NCBI GenBank assembly: GCA_964389675.1
Contig: CAYMEV010000015.1
Coordinates: 62,001-89,202, forward strand
Source: an uncultured Candidatus Sumerlaeota bacterium
GTDB lineage: Bacteria > CAYMEV01
Direction: 5' to 3'
DNA: 27,202 nt
This document shows positions 1 to 8,410 of the stretch, piece by piece. Position 1 is the stretch's first letter, and the number at the start of each line of letters is the position of its first letter. Below the pieces are notes generated by a model that worked only from the letters and a program-made list of their open reading frames with translations, was not told the origin of the DNA and did no database searches. The position numbers were made by a program, and so were the translations under genes.

Positions 1-419
1 TTTACGGGATATGCTTTTATAAATGAGTCCCTGCCCAGAAATACTTCAGAGTAGTCATTCACTCCAATAAGCTTCAGGTCATATTGCAGGGGCAGTTCAA
101 GTGAACTGAAATACTGAATCCATTTTAGAATATAGTCATTTTTTTTCGGGTAAAATATCCTTAAAGGGTTTTTTGTGCCTCCCTTTACAATATTCCTTAA
201 ATGCAGAAAACCCATTAGCCCTCCAAAATGGTCAGAGTGATGATGCGTAATAAATACCCTGTTTATTCTCAGGACTCGCTCCTTAAGAAAAAGCGAAATC
301 CCTTCCCCGCAATCAAAAAGTATATTATAGCCTGATATTAAGTAAAAGTTTGAATATAGTGCTTTTGCAAAGAAGGATAAGGATTTGCCAGCTATATTTA
401 TGTTACCGTATTTTATCAA
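1..419 (-). CDS. rnz: MBL-fold ribonuclease Z, Thermotoga-type (N-terminal part; runs off the left edge)
   Basis: Manual translation of the minus strand from TTG at 419: MIKYGNINIAGKSLSFFAKALYSNFYLISGYNILFDCGEGISLFLKERVLRINRVFITHHHSDHFGGLMGFLHLRNIVKGGTKNPLRIFYP... It carries the DxGEG motif and the HxHxDH metal motif. The frame is open from a stop at 471-473 to base 1. The start codon is uncertain. Confidence 0.8.
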   Translation of the reverse strand, partial: MIKYGNINIAGKSLSFFAKALYSNFYLISGYNILFDCGEGISLFLKERVLRINRVFITHHHSDHFGGLMGFLHLRNIVKGGTKNPLRIFYPKKNDYILKWIQYFSSLELPLQYDLKLIGVNDYSEVFLGRDSFIKAYPV

Positions 420-538
420 TTTCCAAAAAATTTCTATTTTACTTGATAATAAATTCAATTTATTATAATATTAAGCAGATATCAATATTTATTATAAAAC
501 AACTATTAAATATTGGAATTTAACAGAGGTGTTTTATT

Positions 539-1855
539 ATGCATCATATAAACTGCAGTTTTTGCGGAACAAAGCTGAAAATAAAAAAAATACCGGAAGG
601 TAAAGAATCCCTGAGGCTTAAATGCCCAAAGTGCATGAAAATTTTTACAATCGACCTGTCAACAATTCTTGATAAAAAGCCTCACGAACCGGAAACTGTT
701 GCAAACAAGCCAAAAACAAACGGTATCTCTGAGGATTATCTTGACGAGTTATTATCCAGCACAAAGAAAGAACCAGCTCCTCAGGCTAAAAAGGAGAAAC
801 CGATAAGCAATCTTTCAGACCTTGTTCCAGAAGAACCTAAGGATATATTTGCTCATGAAAAGCCTCAGGAGCTTTATTCAGTCATAAAGGCAAATGGCAA
901 AAGGCTTGGCCCGATGAGCTATGTAGCTTTACTTCAAAAAGTAAAGGATGGTGAAGTAATAGGCATAGATACAATCGAAACACAGTCAGGGCTTAGAAAA
1001 CCTCCAATAAGCTTTATTGAGATAAAGAGGATACTGCAGGAGAAGATCAGAGAACAGAACATGAGAAGCGAAGATTCACTGGGAATTGATATGTCATATG
1101 GCGTAAGAAAGGAAAAGAGGAAGGTAACACTTTATCTTCTGTTAGCTCTTCTGGGGATCATGATCCTGATATATGCCTTAATTACAGTCCCAGGCTATTT
1201 TAAGAGTGAACCCGGCCGGCAGGCAGACAGCATTGAAGAACCTGCCGGATCAGATTCAGAGAAGAGCCTGGCCTCAGTTGAAACCCCAGACAAGGAAGAA
1301 TCCGCAGTTTCGGAAGAAAAAACAGTAAAAATAATTAATTTCTCAGATGAATCAATAAGGAATTATTTCTCTGCCTCAGGAAGCTATTACAGGGATGCCA
1401 CAAATCATTTAAGAAGCCGCAACTACTCTGAAACCCAGAAGGATTTAGACTATATACTGCTCAGCTCAGGCTCAAACCCTACTACAATCCTGCTTAAACT
1501 TCAGGTTTACCTTATGTCAGGTGAGCTTGAAAAGGGATTTGATGATTTCCAGACAATGATAACAGTCCCGGCGCTTCAGGATGATATTTACATCAATCTC
1601 GGGTTCGGCGTCATCAATACAATGCTTGGAAACTTCGATGATGCAAAAACTCACATTGAAAGGACAAGATTTGTAGAACCCAATAACCCTTTTATATTAT
1701 TCTACAGCAGTATACTTGAGTATAGACAGAAGGAATATGACAGGGCCATTCAATATATGCAGGATGCAATTGACAACTCTCCTTCTGATTTTATATTTCT
1801 GAGAGATATGAGAAATATGCTCAGAGAGTTTCAAAAAACCAAGGAAGCTTCCTGA
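539..1855 (+). CDS. Zinc-ribbon (MJ0042-like) + GYF_2-like + single TM helix + TPR membrane protein
   Basis: CSFC...CPKC at the N-terminus, a Pro/Lys/Glu-rich linker, the GYF-like segment YSVIKANGKRLGPMSYVALLQKVKDGEV, the hydrophobic helix LYLLLALLGIMILIYALITV, then TPR-like helices (LGNFDDAKTHIERTRFVEPNN; KEYDRAIQYMQDAI). GAGGT RBS upstream. Confidence 0.7.
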   Translation: MHHINCSFCGTKLKIKKIPEGKESLRLKCPKCMKIFTIDLSTILDKKPHEPETVANKPKTNGISEDYLDELLSSTKKEPAPQAKKEKPISNLSDLVPEEPKDIFAHEKPQELYSVIKANGKRLGPMSYVALLQKVKDGEVIGIDTIETQSGLRKPPISFIEIKRILQEKIREQNMRSEDSLGIDMSYGVRKEKRKVTLYLLLALLGIMILIYALITVPGYFKSEPGRQADSIEEPAGSDSEKSLASVETPDKEESAVSEEKTVKIINFSDESIRNYFSASGSYYRDATNHLRSRNYSETQKDLDYILLSSGSNPTTILLKLQVYLMSGELEKGFDDFQTMITVPALQDDIYINLGFGVINTMLGNFDDAKTHIERTRFVEPNNPFILFYSSILEYRQKEYDRAIQYMQDAIDNSPSDFIFLRDMRNMLREFQKTKEAS

Positions 1856-1912
1856 TACAGGAATAGTACCCTCTATTAAACCTCTGTATTAAAACAGCCT
1901 GCCTTTATTTTA

Positions 1913-1940
1913 TTGACCTAAAATTTTAAACTGTTAGATA
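1913..1940 (+). promoter_or_regulatory. Putative sigma70-type promoter of the arcE operon
   Basis: TTGACC (1913-1918), 16 bp, TG-n-TAGATA (1935-1940). Strong RBS AAGGAGGA at 1977-1984. Confidence 0.4.
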
Positions 1941-1992
1941 AATAATAGCTTCACGAAAAGCACTAAATATTTTATTAAGGAGGAAGATTGAA

Positions 1993-3309
1993 ATGCCGAA
2001 AGAAAGAATAGTTATTATGGGGGCTGCAGGGAGGGACTTTCATAATTTCAATGTTTATTATAGAAATAACAAAGATTTCGAAGTGGTTGCATTTACTGCC
2101 ACACAGATTCCGAACATTCACGGCAGAAAATATCCCGGTGAACTCACAGGGGAACTTTACCCTGACGGGATTCCAATCTATCATGAAGACGATCTGGGAA
2201 AGATCATAAAGGAAAAGGATATAGATACAGTTATCTTCTCCTATTCAGATGTTTCACATGATACAATCATGAGGAAAGCAGCTTATGTAAATGCTCTGGG
2301 TGCAAATTTCACCCTTCTGGGTGTTGAAAAGACCATGATAAAATCAACCAGGCCTGTAATATCCGTATGTGCTGTAAGGACAGGCTGCGGGAAAAGCCAG
2401 ACTACCAGGAAGGTAATAAAGCTTTTAAAGGAAAAAGGAAAAAGGGTTGTTGCTATCAGGCATCCCATGCCTTATGGAGACCTTGCGAAACAGGCTGTTC
2501 AAAGATTTGCAAAATATGAAGATCTTGATGTACACGAATGCACAATAGAAGAAAGAGAGGAATATGAACCTCATATAAATGCAGGAATTGTGGTTTATGC
2601 AGGTGTTGACTATGAAAGGATATTAAGACAGGCAGAACAGGAAGCTGACATCATATTATGGGATGGCGGAAATAATGATACATCATTCTACAAATCTGAC
2701 CTTGAGATAGTTGTTGCAGACCCCCTCAGGGTAGGAGACGAGATGTCTTATTACCCAGGCCATACAAACCTTTGCAGGGCTGATGTAATTGTTATTAACA
2801 AGATTGACTCAGCATCCCTTGAAGAGGTTGATGAATTAAGAAGAAATATCCATTCTGTAAACTCAAAGGCTGCCGTAATCGATGCTGCAAGCCCACTTAC
2901 AGTTGACAATCCTGGATTAATAAGAGGTAAAAAGGTTCTTGTTATCGAGGATGGTCCGACACTGACCCACGGAGAAAGCCTCTTTGGTGCAGGTGTTGTC
3001 GCAGCAGAAAAATACGGTGCAAGTGACCTTGTCGACCCTAAACCTTATGCTGTGGGCAGCATTGCAGACACCTTTGAAAAATACACTCATATACAAAGCC
3101 TTCTTCCTGCAATGGGATACGGAAGGCAGCAGGTTAAGGACCTTGAGGATACTATAAACAGAACAGAGTGTGATATAGTAGTATCTGCTACACCGATAAA
3201 TCTTAACAAGATTGTTAAAGTAAACAAAACAATAGTGAATGTAGCCTATGAACTCGAAGAGATTGGCTACCCAAAATTAATAGATGTTCTTGAGGATTTT
3301 ATAAAATGA
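1993..3309 (+). CDS. arcE: ArcE-like arginine synthetase (COG2403 P-loop protein, often annotated 'GTPase' or 'cyclic 2,3-diphosphoglycerate synthase')
   Basis: Family signatures GAAGRDFHNFN, VVAFTATQIP, Walker A RTGCGKS, RHPMPYG, CTIEEREEYEPH, WDGGNND, EDGPTLTHG and PAMGY. The stop overlaps the carbamate kinase start (ATGA), which favours the arginine synthetase function over cDPG synthesis. Confidence 0.8.
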   Translation: MPKERIVIMGAAGRDFHNFNVYYRNNKDFEVVAFTATQIPNIHGRKYPGELTGELYPDGIPIYHEDDLGKIIKEKDIDTVIFSYSDVSHDTIMRKAAYVNALGANFTLLGVEKTMIKSTRPVISVCAVRTGCGKSQTTRKVIKLLKEKGKRVVAIRHPMPYGDLAKQAVQRFAKYEDLDVHECTIEEREEYEPHINAGIVVYAGVDYERILRQAEQEADIILWDGGNNDTSFYKSDLEIVVADPLRVGDEMSYYPGHTNLCRADVIVINKIDSASLEEVDELRRNIHSVNSKAAVIDAASPLTVDNPGLIRGKKVLVIEDGPTLTHGESLFGAGVVAAEKYGASDLVDPKPYAVGSIADTFEKYTHIQSLLPAMGYGRQQVKDLEDTINRTECDIVVSATPINLNKIVKVNKTIVNVAYELEEIGYPKLIDVLEDFIK

Positions 3310-4259
3310 GCACTGAAAAGATTGCTCTTATAGCTTTCGGGGGGAATGCTCTTCTCCCCCCCAGCTCATCAGGGACAATCGAAGAACAGCTGAAAGCTGC
3401 TGAAGAGACAGCTAAAGACCTGATAGAAATAGTCAACTCCGGATATAAGCTCGTAATAGTACACGGAAATGGTCCCCAGGTTGGAAATGCCCTTATCAGG
3501 GCAGAAGAATCTACAAACAAAGTCCCAATGATTTCGCTTGATGTCTGTGTTGCACAAACACAGGGTGAAATGGGATACCTGCTTACCAGGGGGCTGTATA
3601 ATGAACTGGGCAAGCGTTCACTCTCTCTGCCGATAGTAACTGTAGTTACTCATTGCCTTGTTGATAAACTGGATCCATCGATTCAAAATCCTTCCAAGCC
3701 AATTGGCCCTTTTTATGCCCAGCATAGAGCTGAAGAACTTAAAAACACCAAGAACTGGAATATAATTCAGGACTCTGGAAGGGGATTTAGAAGGATTGTA
3801 GCATCACCAAAACCAGTATCAGTAATGGAAATGGATTTCATCAAACATATAATAAATTCAACCGAAGCTATCCTGATCTGCGGAGGAGGCGGGGGAATCC
3901 CTGCCTACAAGGAGAATGGAAAGCTGTACGGAATAGAGGGGGTCATTGATAAGGATTTTACAGCAGCCCTTATTGCAAAAGAACTCCAGGCAGATCTTTT
4001 TATTATTGTTACTCAGATAGACAGGGTTGCAATTCATTTCAATACCCCAAACCAGAAATACCTTTCGAGAATATCGCTTTCCGAACTGAAGGAGTACCAG
4101 CTTGAAGGGCATTTCCCCCCGGGAAGCATGGGGCCAAAGATTAGAGCTTCCATCGATTTTGTAGAAAGCACGGGAAAAGAGGTCATCATAACTAAATCTG
4201 ACATGCTGAAGAACTCGCTTTCGGGAATGAACGGCACACATATTATTCCAGATAAATAA
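3306..4259 (+). CDS. arcC: Carbamate kinase
   Basis: AFGGNAL, HGNGPQVG, KPIGPFY, GRGFRRIVASPKP, GGGGIP, EGVIDKD and GSMGPKI are all canonical carbamate kinase motifs. Confidence 0.97.
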   Translation: MSTEKIALIAFGGNALLPPSSSGTIEEQLKAAEETAKDLIEIVNSGYKLVIVHGNGPQVGNALIRAEESTNKVPMISLDVCVAQTQGEMGYLLTRGLYNELGKRSLSLPIVTVVTHCLVDKLDPSIQNPSKPIGPFYAQHRAEELKNTKNWNIIQDSGRGFRRIVASPKPVSVMEMDFIKHIINSTEAILICGGGGGIPAYKENGKLYGIEGVIDKDFTAALIAKELQADLFIIVTQIDRVAIHFNTPNQKYLSRISLSELKEYQLEGHFPPGSMGPKIRASIDFVESTGKEVIITKSDMLKNSLSGMNGTHIIPDK

Positions 4260-4264
4260 CCCGG

Positions 4265-4918
4265 ATGCATCTCGAGATAGGAAGCAGCAATCCTTATTTG
4301 CAGACAGCCTTTATACATGCAGCCGGATGCAGAATTGACAGATCATCTTCCGAGCTGGTTGAATTTATAAATAAGGCAGCTGATTCTGCCAGGAAAGAAT
4401 CCTATTCTGCAGCCTGCAATAACGCGAAAAAAGCAATCAGGGATATGCTGCGATGGGGTGGTTTCAAGCCAGCCGGCAGGAACAAGCCAGCCTCTGAATA
4501 CATAATAAATAACTCAATTACAGGGAATTTTCCTTTTATCCTTAATGCCGTAGATATAAATAATCTCATATCCCTGCTCTACTATTTGCCTGTCTCAACA
4601 ATCGACGCCTCAAGAACATCAGGTAATTTCATAATCAGGGAAGGTGCTGATCAGGAAGGTTATATATTTAACTCATCAGGCCAGTTTATAGATATTGAAG
4701 GACTTATAACCGTATATGACAATGGAGTCCCGACAGCCAATTGTATCAAAGACTCTCAAAGAACCAAGGTTTCCCGAAATACTGATGAAATAGCAGTCTT
4801 TCTATATTCATCAAAATTGCTTTATAATGATCAGCAGCTTTCAGGTATTCTGGATATTTATTGCTCTCTGCTGAGGGATAACCTATCCTGCATTATTAGG
4901 ACTGCTGAATTATATTAG
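4265..4918 (+). CDS. Stand-alone B3/B4 domain protein (PheRS-beta editing-domain-like, putative trans-editing aminoacyl-tRNA deacylase)
   Basis: RDMLRWGGFKPAGRNKPASEY, NAVDINNLISL...PVSTID, IREG...EGY and KDSQRTKV match the B3/B4 pattern. It starts 5 bp after arcC and at 217 aa has no other PheT domains. Confidence 0.8.
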   Translation: MHLEIGSSNPYLQTAFIHAAGCRIDRSSSELVEFINKAADSARKESYSAACNNAKKAIRDMLRWGGFKPAGRNKPASEYIINNSITGNFPFILNAVDINNLISLLYYLPVSTIDASRTSGNFIIREGADQEGYIFNSSGQFIDIEGLITVYDNGVPTANCIKDSQRTKVSRNTDEIAVFLYSSKLLYNDQQLSGILDIYCSLLRDNLSCIIRTAELY

Positions 4919-4938
4919 CCGTCTGCTGGAAAAGTCTG

Positions 4939-4966
4939 TTGATTTGAATCCGGCTTATGATATATT
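4939..4966 (+). promoter_or_regulatory. Putative sigma70-type promoter for the TPR-PfkB-PDZ genes
   Basis: TTGATT (4939-4944), 16 bp, TATATT (4961-4966), with an extended -10 TG at 4958-4959. Confidence 0.45.
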
Positions 4967-4986
4967 AATAGAAATAATCAAGCGAG

Positions 4987-6681
4987 GTGGAAAAATTGGA
5001 TAAATGCAGATATGTATTCTTAATAGTACTGCTGGTTTTTAGTTCAGTTTGTATCTATCCGGCAAGCAGGCGCGGGAAAAGAGCCCTTCTTATTGAAGAC
5101 TACAGCAGGGCACTTGAGATATTCAATAAGGATATCAATAAACACCCCGATGACTGGGAGGCTCATTCACTGATAGGCTATATTTATATGCAGGAAGAGC
5201 TTAAGGATAAATCAAAAGCGCTCTTCCACCTGCAAAAAGCCTTTGAACTCAATAAAAAGGACCCCGTTACTGATCTCTACCTCTTTATATTATATGTAGA
5301 TGATGGAAGGTACGGTGATGCCCAGGGAATACTGTCCTTTATTGACCAGAATGATATAGAAAAAATGGATGAAAAATACCTTTTTTACCTTTATAAGGGT
5401 TTGCTGTACGCCGGGCAGGAAAATACAGAAAAAGCTGAAGAAATGATTATAGAGGCGATAAAGCTGGAACCGGCCTGTGGATTATGCAGAAAGCACCTTG
5501 GGCTTATCTATTACAATAATGATGATTATGCAAATGCAGATGCTGTACTTAGCAGGGCTATCGGCTTTTTCCCAGATGATAAGGAGATAAATAAGGCCCT
5601 GGCAGATATCTTCCTAAGTGAAGAATACTTCAGGCCCACAAGTGCAAGGCTGCATATAGATAAACTAAAGTCAGTGACTTCTGAGAAAGATATGGATATA
5701 CTGCTTCTTGAAGGCAGGTATCTGCAGCTGACCGGAAATTTCAAACAGGCTGTTGAGGTTTACAAGAAGGCATCCATGATAGATGAGGATAATTGTGAGG
5801 TCAATATAAGCCTTGCTGATCTTTACCAGAAAAGAGAAACACAAAATCTGTCGCTTTCAAAAAAGCATTTAAACAGGGTGCTGGAAAAATGCAAAGGTCA
5901 TGAAGACCTTCACATGCTGCTTGCAAACTATTATTATAATATTAATGAGCCTAAAAAAGCTGTATCGGAATATCAGGACCACCTTGCAAAATATCCCGAT
6001 GATACATTGGCAATGGTAAAATTAGCTCTAATATATCTCCAGAAACCTCTTCAAAATCCCGGCAAAACTATAGAACTCGGACTTAAAGCATTATCAGTTA
6101 ACAGCTCCTATCTGCCGGCGGTCCGGATTCTTTCCACAGCATATTTTCTGACAAATGATTTTAAAAATGCAAAGAAATATATCGAACAGGCTTTAAGCAT
6201 CTCTCCAAACGATTCAGAGATGCTTGGATATCTCGCATGCATATATTTTTCCGGAAAGGAATACAGCAAAGCAAAAGAATACGCCCTGAGTGCTGTCCGA
6301 AATGCAGGTAACAATATTCGCGCCCTTTCTGTCCTTGGAGAAATTGCATACAGTGAGAAGGATTATCAGAAAGCAATAGGCTATCTCCAGAATATTATCC
6401 ACTATAAAAGAAATGATTACAGAGCATCATTACTGCTTGCATATATATACCAGGAACCAGGCTTCACAGATTACAGAAAATCATATCATTTTGCAGAGAT
6501 AGCATTAAAGCAGAATGAAAGTGATGCAAATACATGGAAACTGCTGGGAAATGCATATATGAATGACAGGATGCTCTCAAAAGCACTGGATGCTTTTGAA
6601 AATTCATTGCTGTACAATCCGAATGACAGCTGGGTAAAGGCTCAGGTAGCTGATCTTAAACGAAGGCTTGGAAAAGAATAA
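4987..6681 (+). CDS. Exported multi-TPR protein
   Basis: GTG start, N-terminal hydrophobic signal/anchor (YVFLIVLLVFSSVCIYPA), then many tandem TPR units (e.g. AHSLIGYIY, KHLGLIYYNNDDYANA, WKLLGNAYMNDRMLSKALDAFENSL). Confidence 0.85.
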   Translation: MEKLDKCRYVFLIVLLVFSSVCIYPASRRGKRALLIEDYSRALEIFNKDINKHPDDWEAHSLIGYIYMQEELKDKSKALFHLQKAFELNKKDPVTDLYLFILYVDDGRYGDAQGILSFIDQNDIEKMDEKYLFYLYKGLLYAGQENTEKAEEMIIEAIKLEPACGLCRKHLGLIYYNNDDYANADAVLSRAIGFFPDDKEINKALADIFLSEEYFRPTSARLHIDKLKSVTSEKDMDILLLEGRYLQLTGNFKQAVEVYKKASMIDEDNCEVNISLADLYQKRETQNLSLSKKHLNRVLEKCKGHEDLHMLLANYYYNINEPKKAVSEYQDHLAKYPDDTLAMVKLALIYLQKPLQNPGKTIELGLKALSVNSSYLPAVRILSTAYFLTNDFKNAKKYIEQALSISPNDSEMLGYLACIYFSGKEYSKAKEYALSAVRNAGNNIRALSVLGEIAYSEKDYQKAIGYLQNIIHYKRNDYRASLLLAYIYQEPGFTDYRKSYHFAEIALKQNESDANTWKLLGNAYMNDRMLSKALDAFENSLLYNPNDSWVKAQVADLKRRLGKE

Positions 6682-6701
6682 AATATTAAAAGGAGGAAAG
6701 A

Positions 6702-7694
6702 TTGGACAGAGAATATCTATTTTTTGGTGTTGGAAATGCCCTGCTTGATATCATAATAAATACCGATGATAAGCAGATCGAGAGGCTTAAACTTTTTAAG
6801 GGGACCATGAAACTGATATCTTTGAAAGACCTCACAGATCTTTCATCATTCATTGAATCAAATGCGAATAAATCCATGATCCCTGCCGGCAGTGTTGGAA
6901 ACAGTGCAAAGATAACAGCACTGCTGAATCAGAAGGCTGTTTTTTTTGGAACTGTTGGAAATGATGAAAATGGCAGGGCATATGAGCAGGGAATGCAAAG
7001 AACAGGGGTTCTTACCTGCCTTAAAAAGATTAATGAACTGCCTACAGGAATTTGCCTAAGCCTGATTACTCCTGACGGCGAAAGGACAATGCTTACATTT
7101 CTGGGTGCTGCAGGTGAACTGGATCCTTACATAATAGACCCGGACATATTCAGAAAGACCCGGTTCCTTTATATTGAAGGCTATCAGTTTACGCATCAAA
7201 AAGGTATAGATACCATCACAGAGCTTATTAAAAACGCCAAAAGGACAGGGGTAAGAACTGCATTTGACCTTTCTGACCCCTTTGTAGCATCCTCCCACAA
7301 GGATAAGATACTTGATATTCTTGATATGGTTGACATACTTTTCGCTAATGAGAAGGAAGCTGAATCTTTCAGCGGTACATGCGACCCGGAAGAGTCAATA
7401 CAGTACCTTAGAACCCTTGTCGAAATGCCTGTAATAAAGCTGGGAGACAGAGGCTCGATGACCTATCATAAAGGAAGAACTGTTTACAGGGATACAAAGC
7501 GTATCAGCCCGGTAGATACAACTGGCGCAGGCGACAGCTACTCAGCTGGTTTCCTGACTGGATTGTCGAAAGGGATGGAGATAACGGAATGCCTTCATTT
7601 GGGGAACCTTATAGCCGGGGAGATGGTAAAAATATATGGTACGGAATTGAAAAAAGACCATATAAAGGATATAGCAGAAGGCTTTGGAATATAG
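6702..7694 (+). CDS. PfkB-family carbohydrate/nucleoside kinase (adenosine kinase-like)
   Basis: GVGNALLDI, GTVGNDENG, ITPDGERTM, FANEKEA and the PfkB signature DTTGAGDSYSAGFL. TTG start with AGGAGG RBS. Confidence 0.9.
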   Translation: MDREYLFFGVGNALLDIIINTDDKQIERLKLFKGTMKLISLKDLTDLSSFIESNANKSMIPAGSVGNSAKITALLNQKAVFFGTVGNDENGRAYEQGMQRTGVLTCLKKINELPTGICLSLITPDGERTMLTFLGAAGELDPYIIDPDIFRKTRFLYIEGYQFTHQKGIDTITELIKNAKRTGVRTAFDLSDPFVASSHKDKILDILDMVDILFANEKEAESFSGTCDPEESIQYLRTLVEMPVIKLGDRGSMTYHKGRTVYRDTKRISPVDTTGAGDSYSAGFLTGLSKGMEITECLHLGNLIAGEMVKIYGTELKKDHIKDIAEGFGI

Positions 7695-7695
7695 A

Positions 7696-8247
7696 ATGAA
7701 AAAAAGGTTTTTTCAAATGCTTATGCTTTGTCTGCTGTTGATATCCCCATTATATACAAACTGCATTGCAGAACAGGGCAAAGACCCCTCCCAGGATAAA
7801 ACAGCAGAAGAAAAGCCTGTAAGGCAGAACAGTGGATGGCTTGGCGTCAGGGTTACAGATCTTGCCAATTTTATCAGGAATCCTGAATTATACGCTGAGT
7901 ACAAAGAAATCATAGATACTTATAAGGAGAAAGGCGAAAGCCTTTTTGGAATAGTGGTAATTGAAACTCTGCAGGGAAGCCCGGCTGAAGAATACGGCAT
8001 AATACCAGGCTATATAATCAAGAAACTGCAAAATGTAAGGATAGATAATTCATTCACTTTCAGCTTCATTATCAGCAGGATAGAACCAGGTGAGATGATT
8101 GAACTGGAAATATGGAACCCGAAGGGGAATTATATCATTTATGCAAGGATTGGAGAAAGGCCGGCAGGAAGAGAAAGGAATGCTGACAGCCAATACCATG
8201 AAAGACTCCGAATGGAAAAATCAAGGCCAGAAAAGCCTGATAAATAA
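7696..8247 (+). CDS. Secreted single-PDZ domain protein
   Basis: Signal peptide MKKRFFQMLMLCLLLISPLYTNCIA from the ATG at 7696 (preferred over the ORF track's TTG at 7684). HtrA-type PDZ motifs GWLGV, GIVVIETLQGSPAEEYGIIPGYII and PGEMIELEIW. No protease domain. Confidence 0.8.
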   Translation: MKKRFFQMLMLCLLLISPLYTNCIAEQGKDPSQDKTAEEKPVRQNSGWLGVRVTDLANFIRNPELYAEYKEIIDTYKEKGESLFGIVVIETLQGSPAEEYGIIPGYIIKKLQNVRIDNSFTFSFIISRIEPGEMIELEIWNPKGNYIIYARIGERPAGRERNADSQYHERLRMEKSRPEKPDK

Positions 8248-8410
8248 TTGGCTATTATTTCCTCACTGACAGATTAGGGATTTATTATCTTTGCAATCCT
8301 GTGTTGGTTCTGATTGTTATACAGTCCAATTTACCTGAGATAAAGAACAGGCTATACTACCCTTAATAATGGCAAATAAATAAGAATGTCCAGGCAGAGA
8401 GCATTCAAAT

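Noticed and set aside
1993-3309. Annotation as cyclic 2,3-diphosphoglycerate synthase
   Set aside because: No 2-phosphoglycerate kinase is adjacent, and the direct coupling to carbamate kinase favours arginine synthetase. Not formally excluded without a phylogeny.
4265-4918. pheT pseudogene fragment
   Set aside because: It is an intact ORF of normal stand-alone B3/B4 length, with no pheS or other PheT domain remnants nearby.
8248-8410. 163-bp gap between convergent genes as a possible sRNA or small ORF
   Set aside because: I found no strong hairpin, no recognisable RNA motif and no convincing small ORF.
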